Virus record (IMG/VR): IMGVR_UViG_3300033143_002040
Location: 35,712 to 99,711 of that record
DNA from: a virus
Taxonomy: Duplodnaviria; Heunggongvirae; Uroviricota; Caudoviricetes
DNA: 64,000 bases
Reading direction: 5' to 3' (one strand)
This document shows, one piece after another, positions 45,414 to 58,800 of the stretch; position 1 is the stretch's first letter; the number at the start of each line of letters is the position of its first letter. The notes beneath the pieces were generated by a model. That model did no database searches, was not told the DNA's origin, and saw only the letters and a program-made list of their open reading frames with translations. Position numbers and translations under genes: made by a program.

Positions 45414-46106
45414 TTAACTCCTAGTCTTCTCATTTATTTTCTGTGATGTCCAACCCTTAAATCCTTTGTGGACTGATTGGAAGGGTAAATTATTGTCTCT
45501 ACAATATTTACGTAAATTTTTAATCTGTGCTGTCTTGCCTTGTGGATCTGTGACGAGCCAATTACATGCTAATTTTTCTGCTTGTTTTTGTCGGGCTATT
45601 TTATTTTGTGACAGCAACCTAGCATTCTCACCAAATATTTTTCTCGCGTTGTCTGTAATAACACGCGATTTCCACGCTTCTTTTAATGCTTCTCTATGTG
45701 CTTCACTTTTTGGCTTGCCTTTTAAGGATGCAGAACGTTTAGCCTTTATAGCATCCGCATATTCTTTTCCATATCGTTCTTCGTATGTTTTTCCTTTGTA
45801 CAATACAGACATATTTTTTGCATGTTTTTCTCTCAACCATGCATAAAGTATATTACCTGTGCGTTCTTTCTGTTTCCCAGATGTCATCCTGTGTGCTGCA
45901 AATATAAGTTTTCTATTGTGAGGATATATCTTTACAAGCAGTAAGTGAGCTACATAATGTTCCCTTGCAGTCAATATTGAAATATTGCTAGGATCATCGC
46001 CACCGCCCATACACTTCGGAACGATATGATGTCTCTCAGTATATCCATCAAGCACACGATCTTGCGTTCTCTCATTCAGCCTGTTATAGTGTTCTATATA
46101 ATTCAT
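45414..46106 (-). CDS. HNH homing endonuclease (free-standing, copy 2) inserted in the tail-fibre operon
   Basis: HHIVPKCMGGGDDPSNISILTAREHYVAH; ~60% identical to the 20254 copy over the first 75 aa. Confidence 0.8.
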   Translation of the reverse strand: MNYIEHYNRLNERTQDRVLDGYTERHHIVPKCMGGGDDPSNISILTAREHYVAHLLLVKIYPHNRKLIFAAHRMTSGKQKERTGNILYAWLREKHAKNMSVLYKGKTYEERYGKEYADAIKAKRSASLKGKPKSEAHREALKEAWKSRVITDNARKIFGENARLLSQNKIARQKQAEKLACNWLVTDPQGKTAQIKNLRKYCRDNNLPFQSVHKGFKGWTSQKINEKTRS

Positions 46107-46732
46107 TAGGGCCCCATTTGCACCCTTATGGTGTACTCTATCTGAAGCTCCCTGTTCTGCGCTTTCTGTACTGGATGAAAGATAACGTGTGTTAGCATTC
46201 TTCCGTCAGGTGCAAAACTAAACGTTGGGCCTAATGTACCCGCTGATGTACCTGTATATAATGCAAGCTCATCAAAAATATATGTATCATTTGTTGTTGT
46301 TGCTGTATCAACTACGCTTTGTGTAAATTCTGGCGAAGCATTATCTGGCTCGCCGAATGCAATCAATACTGTTGTTGTTAAATCTGAAAAGTTTGATGTG
46401 CCAATAACTGTTACAATACTATTACCCGTAGCTGATAGTACTTCCCAATATGTTGGTTGATATGGCTCTGCCGATGCATCTTGTAGATTACTTGTATTTG
46501 GTGATCTATAAGATATGTTACCTGAGCTATCAATACTTGTGCCGCCTGAACCAAAGACCATATGTGTAATATGTCCTGTATCGGATCCTTGAAGTGCATT
46601 TGTAATAGCCCAAGAAATATTACCAAAGTGAATAGCATTTTCTTGATGAACAAATACTTCGCCTGTGTTCGGATCACTGATCTTTACAATGCCCTTAGCA
46701 CTCGTAGCGTTCATTATTAAATCTTCGTACAT
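46106..46732 (-). CDS. structural (baseplate/tail-fibre-associated) protein, 208 aa
   Basis: position in the structural operon; T/S/G-rich. Confidence 0.55.
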   Translation of the reverse strand: MYEDLIMNATSAKGIVKISDPNTGEVFVHQENAIHFGNISWAITNALQGSDTGHITHMVFGSGGTSIDSSGNISYRSPNTSNLQDASAEPYQPTYWEVLSATGNSIVTVIGTSNFSDLTTTVLIAFGEPDNASPEFTQSVVDTATTTNDTYIFDELALYTGTSAGTLGPTFSFAPDGRMLTHVIFHPVQKAQNRELQIEYTIRVQMGP

Positions 46733-46735
46733 TAC

Positions 46736-46870
46736 TTATCCTCGTGTGTTTACTATGACTTTTCCAGTCTTCGTATCTTTAATGACAAGATGCGCAGCCA
46801 CGGAACCTTCAAGCTCCTCATCTGGTTTTGCTTCTTTCTTTTCATCATCTTTCATCTTACTATTTATCAT
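46736..46870 (-). CDS. small Lys/Glu-rich ORF (44 aa) between the giant gene and the next gene, not in ORF track
   Basis: RBS AGGAAA; stop 4 nt before the next start. Confidence 0.3.
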   Translation of the reverse strand: MINSKMKDDEKKEAKPDEELEGSVAAHLVIKDTKTGKVIVNTRG

Positions 46871-46880
46871 ACTTTCCTAA

Positions 46881-49800
46881 TTAGGGTGAAAGGGAAATTG
46901 GCAATGCGTTGCCTTCTTCTAATTGTATAAATGCTGCTGCTACTGTAGTTGCTGCATTCAATCCACCTGGGAGTGCCCTATCTAGTACCCAAGTCACACC
47001 GTAGTTTTCACTGATTCTGCCTTCTTCATTAATAATATCTCCGCTTAAGGCAAGAACTACGCCTTCAAGATTTGTAGTTACTGAAATCTGTGCGTTGCCA
47101 TCGCCGGCGCCAGAGATAGTGAATGCTGCGCCGCCTGGAGTATACCCCGTGCCTCTGTCTACAATAGTCACATATAATATGCTGCCATCATCGTAGACAC
47201 CACCAACTTCTAGTACTGCCGGTGTTGCTGATGGGCCTAGTGCACCTTCAAGGGATGCTACTGATATAGTATCTCCGACTGAATATCCTGTGCCAGCTAT
47301 ATCAACAGTAATTATGCTAACTTCACCAGAAGCAATAAGGTCTTTAATGAAATATGAATTTTGAATTTGTGAATTAAACGCTGTTGTGACACGCAATGTA
47401 TCACCAACTACTACACTATCAGTAGTAACAAATGTTGTTTCTACAACATCAGCAAAGTGTACATTACCGTTGCCATTATTAATCCATATGCCGCCTGTAG
47501 CTGCGCCTGATTGATATGATGTTGTCGCACTATTAACCCAATAGATACTTGAAGCTGGAATTACTTGATCTGTGCCGCCGTCAAATACTTTCGATGCTAT
47601 TTGATGAGTTTGTGCGTGTGTACCTTGTGTCCCACGTACCACGCCAGTTAGTTGATTAGCGCCGACATTAACACCATGATATTCAATGCGTTCTGTACCA
47701 ATCCAAGCTATTTGTGGATCATCTAGTGTTGGAGTTGTTGAATACAAATTCGTCACTAAGGTGACTGGAATCAAATTATCAGTCAGTCCAAGTGTTGCTG
47801 TTAATGCTGTGCTTGCACCATCCGCATAACGATGTGAAGTTAAATTCTGTTGCGTATCATGATGGATACGATATGACAATGCTGTTAGCGTAAACGTTGC
47901 ATTGACACCAGACGCATCTGCTGTTGTTGCAAATGGACTCGTTGGATATACAAAGTAATCACCTTGATTTGTTACTGTAAATGTAGCTATTGGGCCAGGA
48001 GGTCCTGACGATGTTGTTACAACATCTATTGTGAGTGGCGATCCAAAATCATCTTCGTTATTAGTATCAGGAGTAATTGAGAATCCTGTTGCTACAACTG
48101 GAGGATCTAATGGTACAAACTGCGTAATAGATATTTGAGACAAGATAGTAGCTGACTGGAATCCGAGTCCGCTAGCAGTTGTAACTGTGAAGTCAGTAAC
48201 ATCTCCGTTAACGTCAACTGCATCAACTGTAACTGTTGTTTGGTCAGTCATTGTAATAATGTCGCCTACAACATACGCTGTGCTTCCGACAGTAAGCGTA
48301 GCTGTTGTATCTTCTGTATTAGTTTTAACTGCATCATTTATAGATAGCGTAATGACTGTAGCTGTTACATTAACAATAGTATATGTACCATCATTCTCAC
48401 CTAGGTTCTCTGAACCTGTAATAATAAGTTTCTGTCCAGAAGCAAATCCTAACGTATCAAACGCTGTGCCGCCAGTACGAGTAATTGTATCTGAAGTGTT
48501 TGATCCGTCAAACGCAAGACTTTGACTGACTACTGGAGCAACACGAATAACTTCTGCACCATCACCGCTTGTGAATGTTCCGTTGCTACCAACACCATCA
48601 AAATCAGTTTCATCTTGTGCTGCAATTGTTGTTTGTAGTCTGACACCGCCCGTAGCTGTTAGTGTTTCACCTACAGCATATCCTGTTCCTGCTACCGTGA
48701 GAACAATGTCTGTGCTATCAGCAATAACAATCAGATTCTCACGAGGATCTAGCGGTACCATTTCTTCTGAAATACCTGCAGTAACTTGCGGATTAATAAG
48801 ATCACCAGCTTCAATGTATGTAAAGATTTGAATATTATCTGTTCCCGTAGATGGTGCTCCGAATGTTCTGAATCCAGTTACATCTTTTACTGATACAAAT
48901 GTTAGTGTTGTTCCTATAAAGAAGTAATCAACATTAAGCACTTGCTCAATATCGTCTACAACAACAAACATGAAGAACGTTGGTACTGTAGATAAGATTT
49001 CAAATTCTTTCGTGCTACTGTTACCACTAAATGTTTCTTCTGATGGAATATTTGCAAACGTTCCTTGAGTTGTATTTGCCGTTCCTGTTGTCAACACAAA
49101 CCCTATACCTGCATCATTAGATGATGCTTGTAAAATTGGGTCGCCGGCAATAATGAATGCCGTACTACCGCCAGTAAGTGTAAAGCCAGTGACAACACCT
49201 GCTGCCACAACATCAACGGTAATATTAGAACCGTTATTACTACTCGGACCATCTTGCATAATGATTGTATCGAATCCTGCTAGCTGTGCAGTAGTGTCTG
49301 GAGGTGTCGAAGTATTGACTAATACATCTGAGGTAGATAATGTAATAACAGTAGCAGTAACATCAACGATAGTATATGTACCATCATTCTCGCCTGTATT
49401 TTCAGATAGCGTTACAATAAGTCTTTGACCCACTGTAAATTCGCCAGCTGTATTAAACGCCGTACCATCTGTACGCGTAATCGTATCTGCGCCACCTACT
49501 AATGCGAATGTTAACCCTGATGTATAATCATTAGATCCTGTATTCGCTTTGTATCCTGAGCCGCCAGCGAATGAACCATTCGGGAACACGCCGTCATAAT
49601 TAGATTGCGTGCTGCCAGGAACAGTAGTTGTCAAGTCATCAGGTGAGCCGTCAAGTGTAGTAACACTCGGATCATTAACTGAAGACTCGAATCCAATTTG
49701 ATCCCACGGAGTTGTATCGTGAGGTACTGATGATCCATTCTCAAAGACTAGTGCTGTTAACTGTGCACCAGATCCTGATCCACCTAGTAGATCAACTGGA

Positions 49801-52800
49801 TCTATTGTTGGAGTTTGGATATATGAACCGCCATCAATTAAATCAAGTGCTGTAATAACTGTACCAGCTTCTGCGCTTACGCGGAACTGTGCGTTACTAA
49901 CGGGCGTACCTGATCCTGCATCAAGTTGTAATATATCTCCTACTACATAACCTGAGCCACCATCAAAGAGTGTATAACTTCCTAATGTAGGCAGACCACC
50001 GAAAGATGTATTCTGTAAGAATGATCCTTGATAGTCAAAGAAGAACTCTGATGTGATAGCAGTATTAATTAATGCTACAGCTTCAAGCTCCTCTGTTGTA
50101 GTTGGATTGCCGTTCTGGGCAGGGTCAAATTCTGCAAGCGTTGTACCCGTATTAGGAAGCGGTGTTTCTAATACATCTATTGCTGTTCCGTTTATATATC
50201 CGCTACCAGAGTTACTTATGAATAGATTTGTTATGACTCCTAAAATAATGTCATATGTGATTTCACCTGTTCCGTTGCCGCCGCCCGCTGTAGACGTAAG
50301 AGTAAGTGTAACTCCTGTGTCATTTGTATAACCTGTGCCGCCAAATCCAGGAGTTACTATGTTCACAGATACAAGTTGTCCGCCAGCTACATCAACAGTA
50401 ATATCTGCTGTGATGCCTCCTGTAGGTGCTTGAATATCTGCAAGTTCTGTACGATAATTATTAACTGCTCTGCCTGCTGCACCTAGACGTACAAAAACTG
50501 TACCATTGTCTAATGTTGAGTATCCTTTGTAAGAACTGCTCTGACTGTTTTCGAACTTAGCAATACGCATTTCTGTAACACTCAAGTCACCACCACGAAT
50601 TTGATCGTACACCATAAACGATGTTATAGTGCGAGACTGTTCTGTTGCTTCGCCCTCAGCTAGATCAAGTTCTGTTGCGCGAGTCACACGGAAGTCACGT
50701 ACCTTTGTTTGATACGGCTTAGCTTCTGTGATATACTCTAGCGCACTATCGAACGGATCTTCTTGGAATACACGAGGTTGTGATAATGTTTGTCCTGTTT
50801 GATCTAGGAAGATATATGTTGATTTGAATGCCCAATCAAGATCATCCTGTTCACTAAAGACATAGTTCAACATAGCAAAATATACTAAGTTGTTATTCAC
50901 AACTAATTCATTCACAAATACTTCTGTTTCTATCGCTAGTATAAGTTCACGCAATTCAAGTGCGGTTGCTAAAGATTGATCGGTTGTGTAAATTGTACTC
51001 AATAGATTCAGCCTGCTTGCTTCACGCATAATCAATGTGTATAATTCTGTGTCAGAGCTATACTCATACAAACTAAATCGCGTTCCTATTACTTTTACAA
51101 TATCTCCATCAAGCGGATTAAGTAGCAACACTAAATCACTAGTATCATCTACTTGTCGAATTGGAGATGAGTTAGTCTCATCAAATCCTTCGAGGTACCA
51201 ATCTACCCATTCCCAAAGATCATTAGTGGATAGTGTTGCATTCCATAGTGGATTTTCGTCACGTAGAATAATGCTTTCTGTTAGTTGATTTATTTTATCT
51301 ACATATACTCGTCGTGCATCAAAGATGTCAAAGAACATAGTCTGCATAGGTCGTGTACGTATACCTAATTGATTTGCTGCACTCAATGTTGGATCAGGTA
51401 CAACTAAGTATCCCATAGTTGGATCTGCTGCTGTTGGCAATGCATTGTTAAAGTTATTCAATGCAAGACTCTCAACAGTCAACTTGTGAACTTCTGGCAA
51501 TAGTGGTAATGCTGGAGTTGCTACCGAAGCTATATTTACTCTAGTAGCTGGGTTCGGCACACCGAACAATGGATTAGCTTGGCGTGCTTGGCTATGTACA
51601 TATACCGATGTAGAATCTATTACTTCTATATAATACATAACACCATCTGTTAAACCGATAGTATCAATGCCGCCTGCCTTAGAATAGCGCGCACCATTGC
51701 CATTAGAGAATCCGTGTTCTGCTTTAAACGTAATAGCTTCTGTTCCGCTATCTATACCAGACGTATCTGTTGCTCCAACTGGATCAGTATTGAATTCTCC
51801 AATATCATCTGTATATGCTTCTGTACCAATTGGTATCGGAACAGTATATCCTACAAGAGAATCAACCGTCTTGTCCCAGTGTATATTATTAATAACGTAG
51901 CTAGGATCATTCTCACGACCTAACTCCCATTCAACGTGTGTTGGTCGTTCATCATCACTACGGCGGAAGTTAATTTGGAATACGTTATCACTATCTGTGA
52001 ACACTCCGTCCACACCAGAGAACATGAAACCTGACTGACTAACTGGGCTGAACCATTGATATAGATTAGCTGCTGGATTGCTAATAATACTTGCAACTTC
52101 AAATGCAGCGATTGTTCTATTAACACCACCTGGAATTTCTGTGCGATCCTTGACCCAGAAGTAATAATATGTAGCTACTCTTTCAAGAATCGGATCCCAC
52201 TCTTGTAATTCAGTGTAATTAGTTAAGCTACGTACTATTCCGTCACCCGTGTATGCAGTTGGCAGACTTGTACTACGTGTCCATTCATAGACATCCACAC
52301 TTGATCCTGAGAATAATTTGCCCCAATTATCTCTGCGGTATTCATCAGTACCTTGCTCGTAATGTAGATATGCACTTGTGCTTTGATCCCACCATAGCAA
52401 GCCAACTTGATCACCGTCAAAGGCTAAGTCTGCGCTAACTAGTTTAGCTGCATCGTCTACTGATGCATTAGTGTATCGTGCAGGATCACGTTGACTCTTC
52501 CATGTAATGTTTAGATCAGCAGTACCTGGGATAATTCCCTTGAACGGATCATAAACTGGGATTTGAGCTAGTGTATCCTTAGTATCATTCTCATATACAA
52601 ATGCATTTTCAAATTTATATGTTTCAATGTATTCTGCTTCTATGCGTAATGCATTATACGAATATAATACTCCAGCAGGTGACTTAATGACAGATGGTGA
52701 AAGTACATGCTCGAATCCACCGTTACGAATAAGATCAGTAGGTGTTACTCGCAAATAGCCTCGCTCGCCTTCTGGGAAACCTGTTCCGCCAAAAATGTCT

Positions 52801-55800
52801 GTTATTGTCCAGAATCCATTATTGCTATCAGATATGATTTCAACAAGATCACCAATATCAAATATTGCATCAAAGTCTACTGCCGCAGAGTTATCAACAA
52901 TTGTTTCTGCTGCTGCGGTTTCAGTAATAGAAATCTCCATTGAATCATCATCTGCATTAGTAGTAGTCAATGACGTTGAGAGGGTAATAACTGTTGAGGT
53001 GACAGTAAGAATATCATGTATGCCATCATTACCTGCGTCTTCAGAATTACTTATTGTAATTTCTTGAAGTGCTACAAAAAATCCAGGATCATCAAACGGC
53101 GTGCCATCTGTTCTTGTAATTGTATTTGCGCCACTGTCAATCGCTAGCCCTGCGCCACCACCTGCCCCACCAGTTGCATTCCAGTCGTTTAATGCTATGA
53201 ATGCAGTTTGCTTACTTGCTGGAACATCAGTACCAAGAATACTTGAACCAGAGCCAATCGACAATGATTCATCTAAGAAAAGACCAACTGCAGGTGTTGC
53301 TGTAGTAATAAATTCACTAGCTGTCCATACTGTATTTAATGCTGCGCCTGTTATTGTACTTGCAATTGTTTCAGATACTAATGTATCATCTGCTATCAAA
53401 GTAATTACGAATGGTTCAACACCGCTCGTTGCAATAGTATATGTACCATTGTTAGATACTGTACCTGTAATAGTAATCGTTTGTCCCTCAAAGAATCCTT
53501 CTGAAACAAACGTAGATGAGCCGCCTGTACGTGTTATCGTATCAGGGTTGTCATCTGCGAATATTAGTGTCGCTGCATCAGATGTAGTGACTGGGCTGTT
53601 TTCACCATCAGTCCAAACAATTAGATCATTCAGTGTTACATTATCTACGTCTAATGATTGTGACCCGAATAGAGCTAATGTTGATTCAAAGATTCTACGC
53701 TCCCCGATTGTACGGAAACGCAAATTCATTAACGTAAAGTATTCTGTATCATCTGCAAGAATGTTATCCTCAATAGGTTCACCGTCCTTGCTTAAGGTAT
53801 AAGTTGAACCACTGACAAGTACATAGTCATACAAAACATTGTTTGCATAAATTTGTCCTTCGTTTCTAATTGAGTTGCCCATGTAGCGACGCCAGCCTGT
53901 AGGTTCTATAATATCATCAGAACTAACTACAATGCCATCATCAAAGAATGTCAAGTCAACAGTAGCTCCTGTGCCTCCTGAAGGAAGAACTGTAGTAGCT
54001 GCGCCTGATGCAGTTGGCAGCGATGCATCATTTGAGTATTCGCCGCGTGTTGTAATCTCTACACTAAACACTTCTTGATTAAGTCTTCCTAGTGTTAGTG
54101 AGAAGTTTACACCTGTACCGTCTGAGCTTGCTTGCGCAATTGTATCTAGGTCAGTTGTAATACCTGCTGTCGTTGCAGTAGTTACTGTGAATTCAGAAAC
54201 AATACCTGTTGTGGGCGTTACTTGTACGTTGTCTACATCTAGTGTTAGTGTGAAGCCTGCTCCGCCCGAAGGTGGTGCTTGTCTAGGTGCTAACACTTCA
54301 TTATTAAATATTGTTGTAACTGTACTAGCAGAGATAATTTGGAAAGCAGTAATTGGTGCGCCAACTACTGGTGTAACAAACGGATCACCTGCGCCTGTGA
54401 CTTGTACAACAGTACCGTCTGACATTGTTATTATATCGCCAATGAGATAATCAGTACCTGCTGTGAATGTACCTTCTGTCGTTGGAGAGTTATCAAAGTC
54501 TGCTTCAGTTTGCAATGCAATTGTTGATACAGTTGCATTGTCTACAGTAATAGTAGAGCCATCTGTTAACGTAATTATATCCCCAATGTCGTGACCTGTG
54601 CCGCCTGCAAACGTACCTTCATCTAATGTTACACCATCGAATAATAGATAAGTTTGTGAAGCTATTGTAGCTACTTCATCAACTGTCAATGTTGCACCTA
54701 CTCCTGTACCACCGACTACTGTTAATACATCATCTATGCTATAGCCTGTTCCACCTGCTGCTACTGTTACTGTATCAATAGTAACGTAGTATTCAGAACC
54801 TGTTGAACCTACTTTAACATTTGCTGTTGCAATACTACCGAAAGCATCAACTTGATACTCAATGATTGCATTGCCGTTGCTAGATGGTACTGTGTTTGAT
54901 GTAATAGTAAACTCTGCATCTCTAGTATAACCGAAGCCGCCACCAATAACTGTTACTGCCTCGACTACTTCGCCGTCTACATCAATTGTGAACTGTGCTT
55001 CGATCAAGTCTTCACGAGGAATACTTGTTAATGTTACAAGACCATCGTCTTCTGCTGCAGGAGTTTGCGTTAGTGTAGCACCTATTCCTAATAGATCACT
55101 ACCGCTTTCTTCGTTTGCAATTCCTGGAGTTAGTGTAAAGTCATTGTTACCTAGACCATTCGATGATGCTGTTGTTAATGTTGTGTCCGCACGCGCTGCG
55201 AATGATGTTTGACTCGCTAATGTAATATTAAACGTTACTACTGCGCCACTAGAAACAGTATTTACTGTGACTTGTGTACCATCGCTAAGAGTAATAATCT
55301 CTGTAGCAACATATCCTGTGCCGCCAAAGAATGTACCATTCGGACTTACGTTATCAAAGTCTGTATTAACTTGTCCAAGTATAGTAGAACCCTTATAGCC
55401 ATCAAGTCCATACACGCCAAATTCTTCGCGTGCATCGCGTGCCACCCAGATCGTCTGACCGTGCTTGCTTGGAACCGTTGCTGCTGTAGCTAATGAATCA
55501 ACATCAGCCTCAGAGAATGATTGGAAGTTAGCATCTTCACTGTGTACATAGCCTGCGTTCGTAGTATTATATGTATCTAATACATCATCAGGCCATACCT
55601 CGCCTGCAACGTCACATGCAACACCACCTGGTTTTGTAATCCAGCGTGTCTCATCATCAATGTCAATAAGAATTGCACCATTTGATGGATCATCTGTAGC
55701 GACATCAAAGCTAATACGTGCCGTTGCTCTATCTGCTAATGCGGATATAACTGGCAAGCCTATTGCAACTTGTGGCGGTTGACTGTAACCAGTACCACCT

Positions 55801-58800
55801 GTCAATATATCAATACGCAATATCGAACCATCTGTGTCTAAGATAGATACTGCTGTAGCACCTGAACCTGTTGTATCGTCAGGATGATTAGTAATGAATA
55901 CAGTTGGCGCAATTGTATATGTATTAGCTGCGCTAACAAGATCAATCTCTGTAACTACACCTGTTGGGAATGCAGTTAATGTATGCGCAGTACCAACGCC
56001 AGTGCTTGTCAAGTCGATGTGAATTGGCGTAACTGATGTTGCATCTGATTTTGTTAATGCGAATTGGAATCTATCCTCATCAATTACAATGATATAGTAT
56101 TCTGTATCGTCAAGTAGTCCGCCAACAACAGTGCCGCCACCTGCACTATATGTCTTAGGTGCGCCGCTTCTGTAATTGTGATTATCAATCGTTACTAGAT
56201 CACCACGAACTCCGTCAGGATCGTCATCCGTAACTGTAACATCATCTACGCTATCGAATGCATAAGTAGGCGGAACTGATTCTGTTGCAGGGTATGCGAG
56301 TTGAACCAACTGTGGATCAACTTTAACTTCATCTGCTGCAATCAAGAACTCTGTAAAGTTATTAACACATACTGCACCAAAGCTATCGAGTCTCAATGCC
56401 CATTCTTCAATGATAGTTAGATCATTGTCAATGTCTGTAACAAGTTTGTTACGCTCCATCTTCTCAACAGCTTGTCGTGTACCCTTCTGTCGAACCATAC
56501 CCTGATAGAACTGATACTGTGCATCATCTAGAATACCTAGATCAGTAAAGTAATCGCGCTCGTCAAAGCCGATTAAGTGACGCGCAGTTTCTTCAATAGC
56601 AGGATTGTCTAGTACGACTTCTGTATTGTGATAGTTACGAATACTGTCTACCATGTTCTCATAGTTAGGTAGCAAACCGTTAGCTGTAATAATGAATCCT
56701 GCAGCTTCAAGCTTACCTGTCCATTCGCGAGTACGACGACCTCTAAAGTCTAGTCGTGCTAGTCGTGAACCAAGAACTGGATCGTACAATGTATCGTTGA
56801 ACACAGTTACGTTATCGAATGTAACGATGTTCTCTGTTTCGCGAGTGATCGCATGTAAACCATAGATACCTGTCTGTTCTATATCAGGCTCTAGTTCTAT
56901 TCTGCGATCTACACGATTAATGATTGTATTGATAGGATCAATAGCAACACCATTCTTATCTAGAACAGCGTATACACCATTGATGACTTGCTCTACATTA
57001 TCAACATAACCTTCTTGAGCTATAAGTATAGCCTTCTCTGCCATCGGAGATAACTGTATAATAGAGTTTTCTTCCCATTGAGTACCTACCCAGAACAAGA
57101 AGTCCTTTGCTGCTTGTACCCAGTTGTTAATTGTATTGTTAGCTGAGTTGACTGTTTCGAACGTCCAACCTGCATTCGTTTGTGCTTCGCCTAATCCTAC
57201 TAAGAAATCGAAGACTTCCTGAACACCATTAAATTTATGGCCGTATGGAATTGCGACTTCTGAATTTGCACCAGTTACCTTGTAGGTAGCACTCACACCT
57301 CCAGTGATTGGAAGTTTGTTTAGCTTCAACCATTTGTCAGCTTCAAACGTATCTGCTTGATGCGCTTCTATACAACGATAGAATATACCATTTAGTCTAG
57401 CAATCATACCTAACATATATGAAGTACCAATTGCAAACTGAATGAATGTCTCAGGCTGACCACCTACTGTTACGTCTTGATCTGCTGCTGATATAACTCG
57501 CGGAACTATAATGAACTCGGCCGCCGTAACATCGTAGCCAAATACTTGATACTGGTCATCAGCTAATGCACGAACAAGCGCGCCACTGTATACATAGTCT
57601 GTAACTGGCGCGCCTGTGTACAATGCTACGTCAATGTTCTCTGCTGGCACAAGTAAGTTACTTGCTTGCGAAGTAACACTGATACCTTCTACGAACACTT
57701 TCATAGTATCTTTGTTAGTAAACGCGGCCATCTTGTGGCCGAGCTTAACGTCTAGTGTACGAAGAAGGTTTCCGAAGTCTACTGTAACATCTTTCTTCAA
57801 TGACTTAAGCCGACCAGCAATCCATACTTGATAACCAGTCTGTATCTGAGCCACGCCACTCACTACTTCACCGTGTACGTATAACGTACTGTTTCCTATA
57901 CGTTTAAAGATACCTGCATCACTAGATACAATCTGTTCATTGTCAACTGGCACTTCATAAATATGTTCTGGATCCCAAAACTTCTCACCGAACTCACCTG
58001 GTCGAGCAAGAAACAATGCTTCTGCTACTGCGAACGGGAATGATTCCGATGTTTCCCAAGCATACTCTACTGGTGCTTTATCAGTCCAGTCATAATCTGC
58101 AGCCGCATCACTAGCACTCGGATCTACCAAGCTTGCGGACGCGTCGATACAAAGCAAAGGCGAAGCCTTTAAAGCGCCGAGGACATCTACAGGAAGATGA
58201 TCCGCAACTAAGTCCGTCCTAGCATAACGTGTATCAACGTATCCTAACACGATTTCTTCCGTAGCTATATCTACTTGACGCCTTACATACCCATTCTCAA
58301 GATCACTCCACATAGCATTAGTTGACACATAAGGAGCAGAGCCATAGCCTGTGAAGTTATCTCCAAACAAAGCTAACTCTTCCGCACCATCATCACCAAC
58401 TAATAATGCTGTACTCTCCCACCAATCAGGTATAGCAGAGAAACCTAGCATCTCCCATGGAGTAGTATCAGGTGTCTGTGAGTCGTAATAGTAATCGAAT
58501 ATACCTCTCCAATAACCTGGCAGCAACTCACCATCTACATCTACTACTGTCTTATAGTTCCAAGTGAATGGATCTAATGCATCATAATAACCATTAGTAA
58601 TGTAATCAGCTTTATTTGACGATACCCACTTATAGAAAGACTGTTTAATCAAGTCTTGTAACTCACTTAGCTCCCATCGTGTAGAACGGAACTTACCAGG
58701 CTTATACGTATCCATTTCCAAAGGTATCGTGTAATTTTTTCGGAACCCTTCTATAATACCATTGTATATACGTGTCTCAAACTCTAGTAGTAATTCATCT

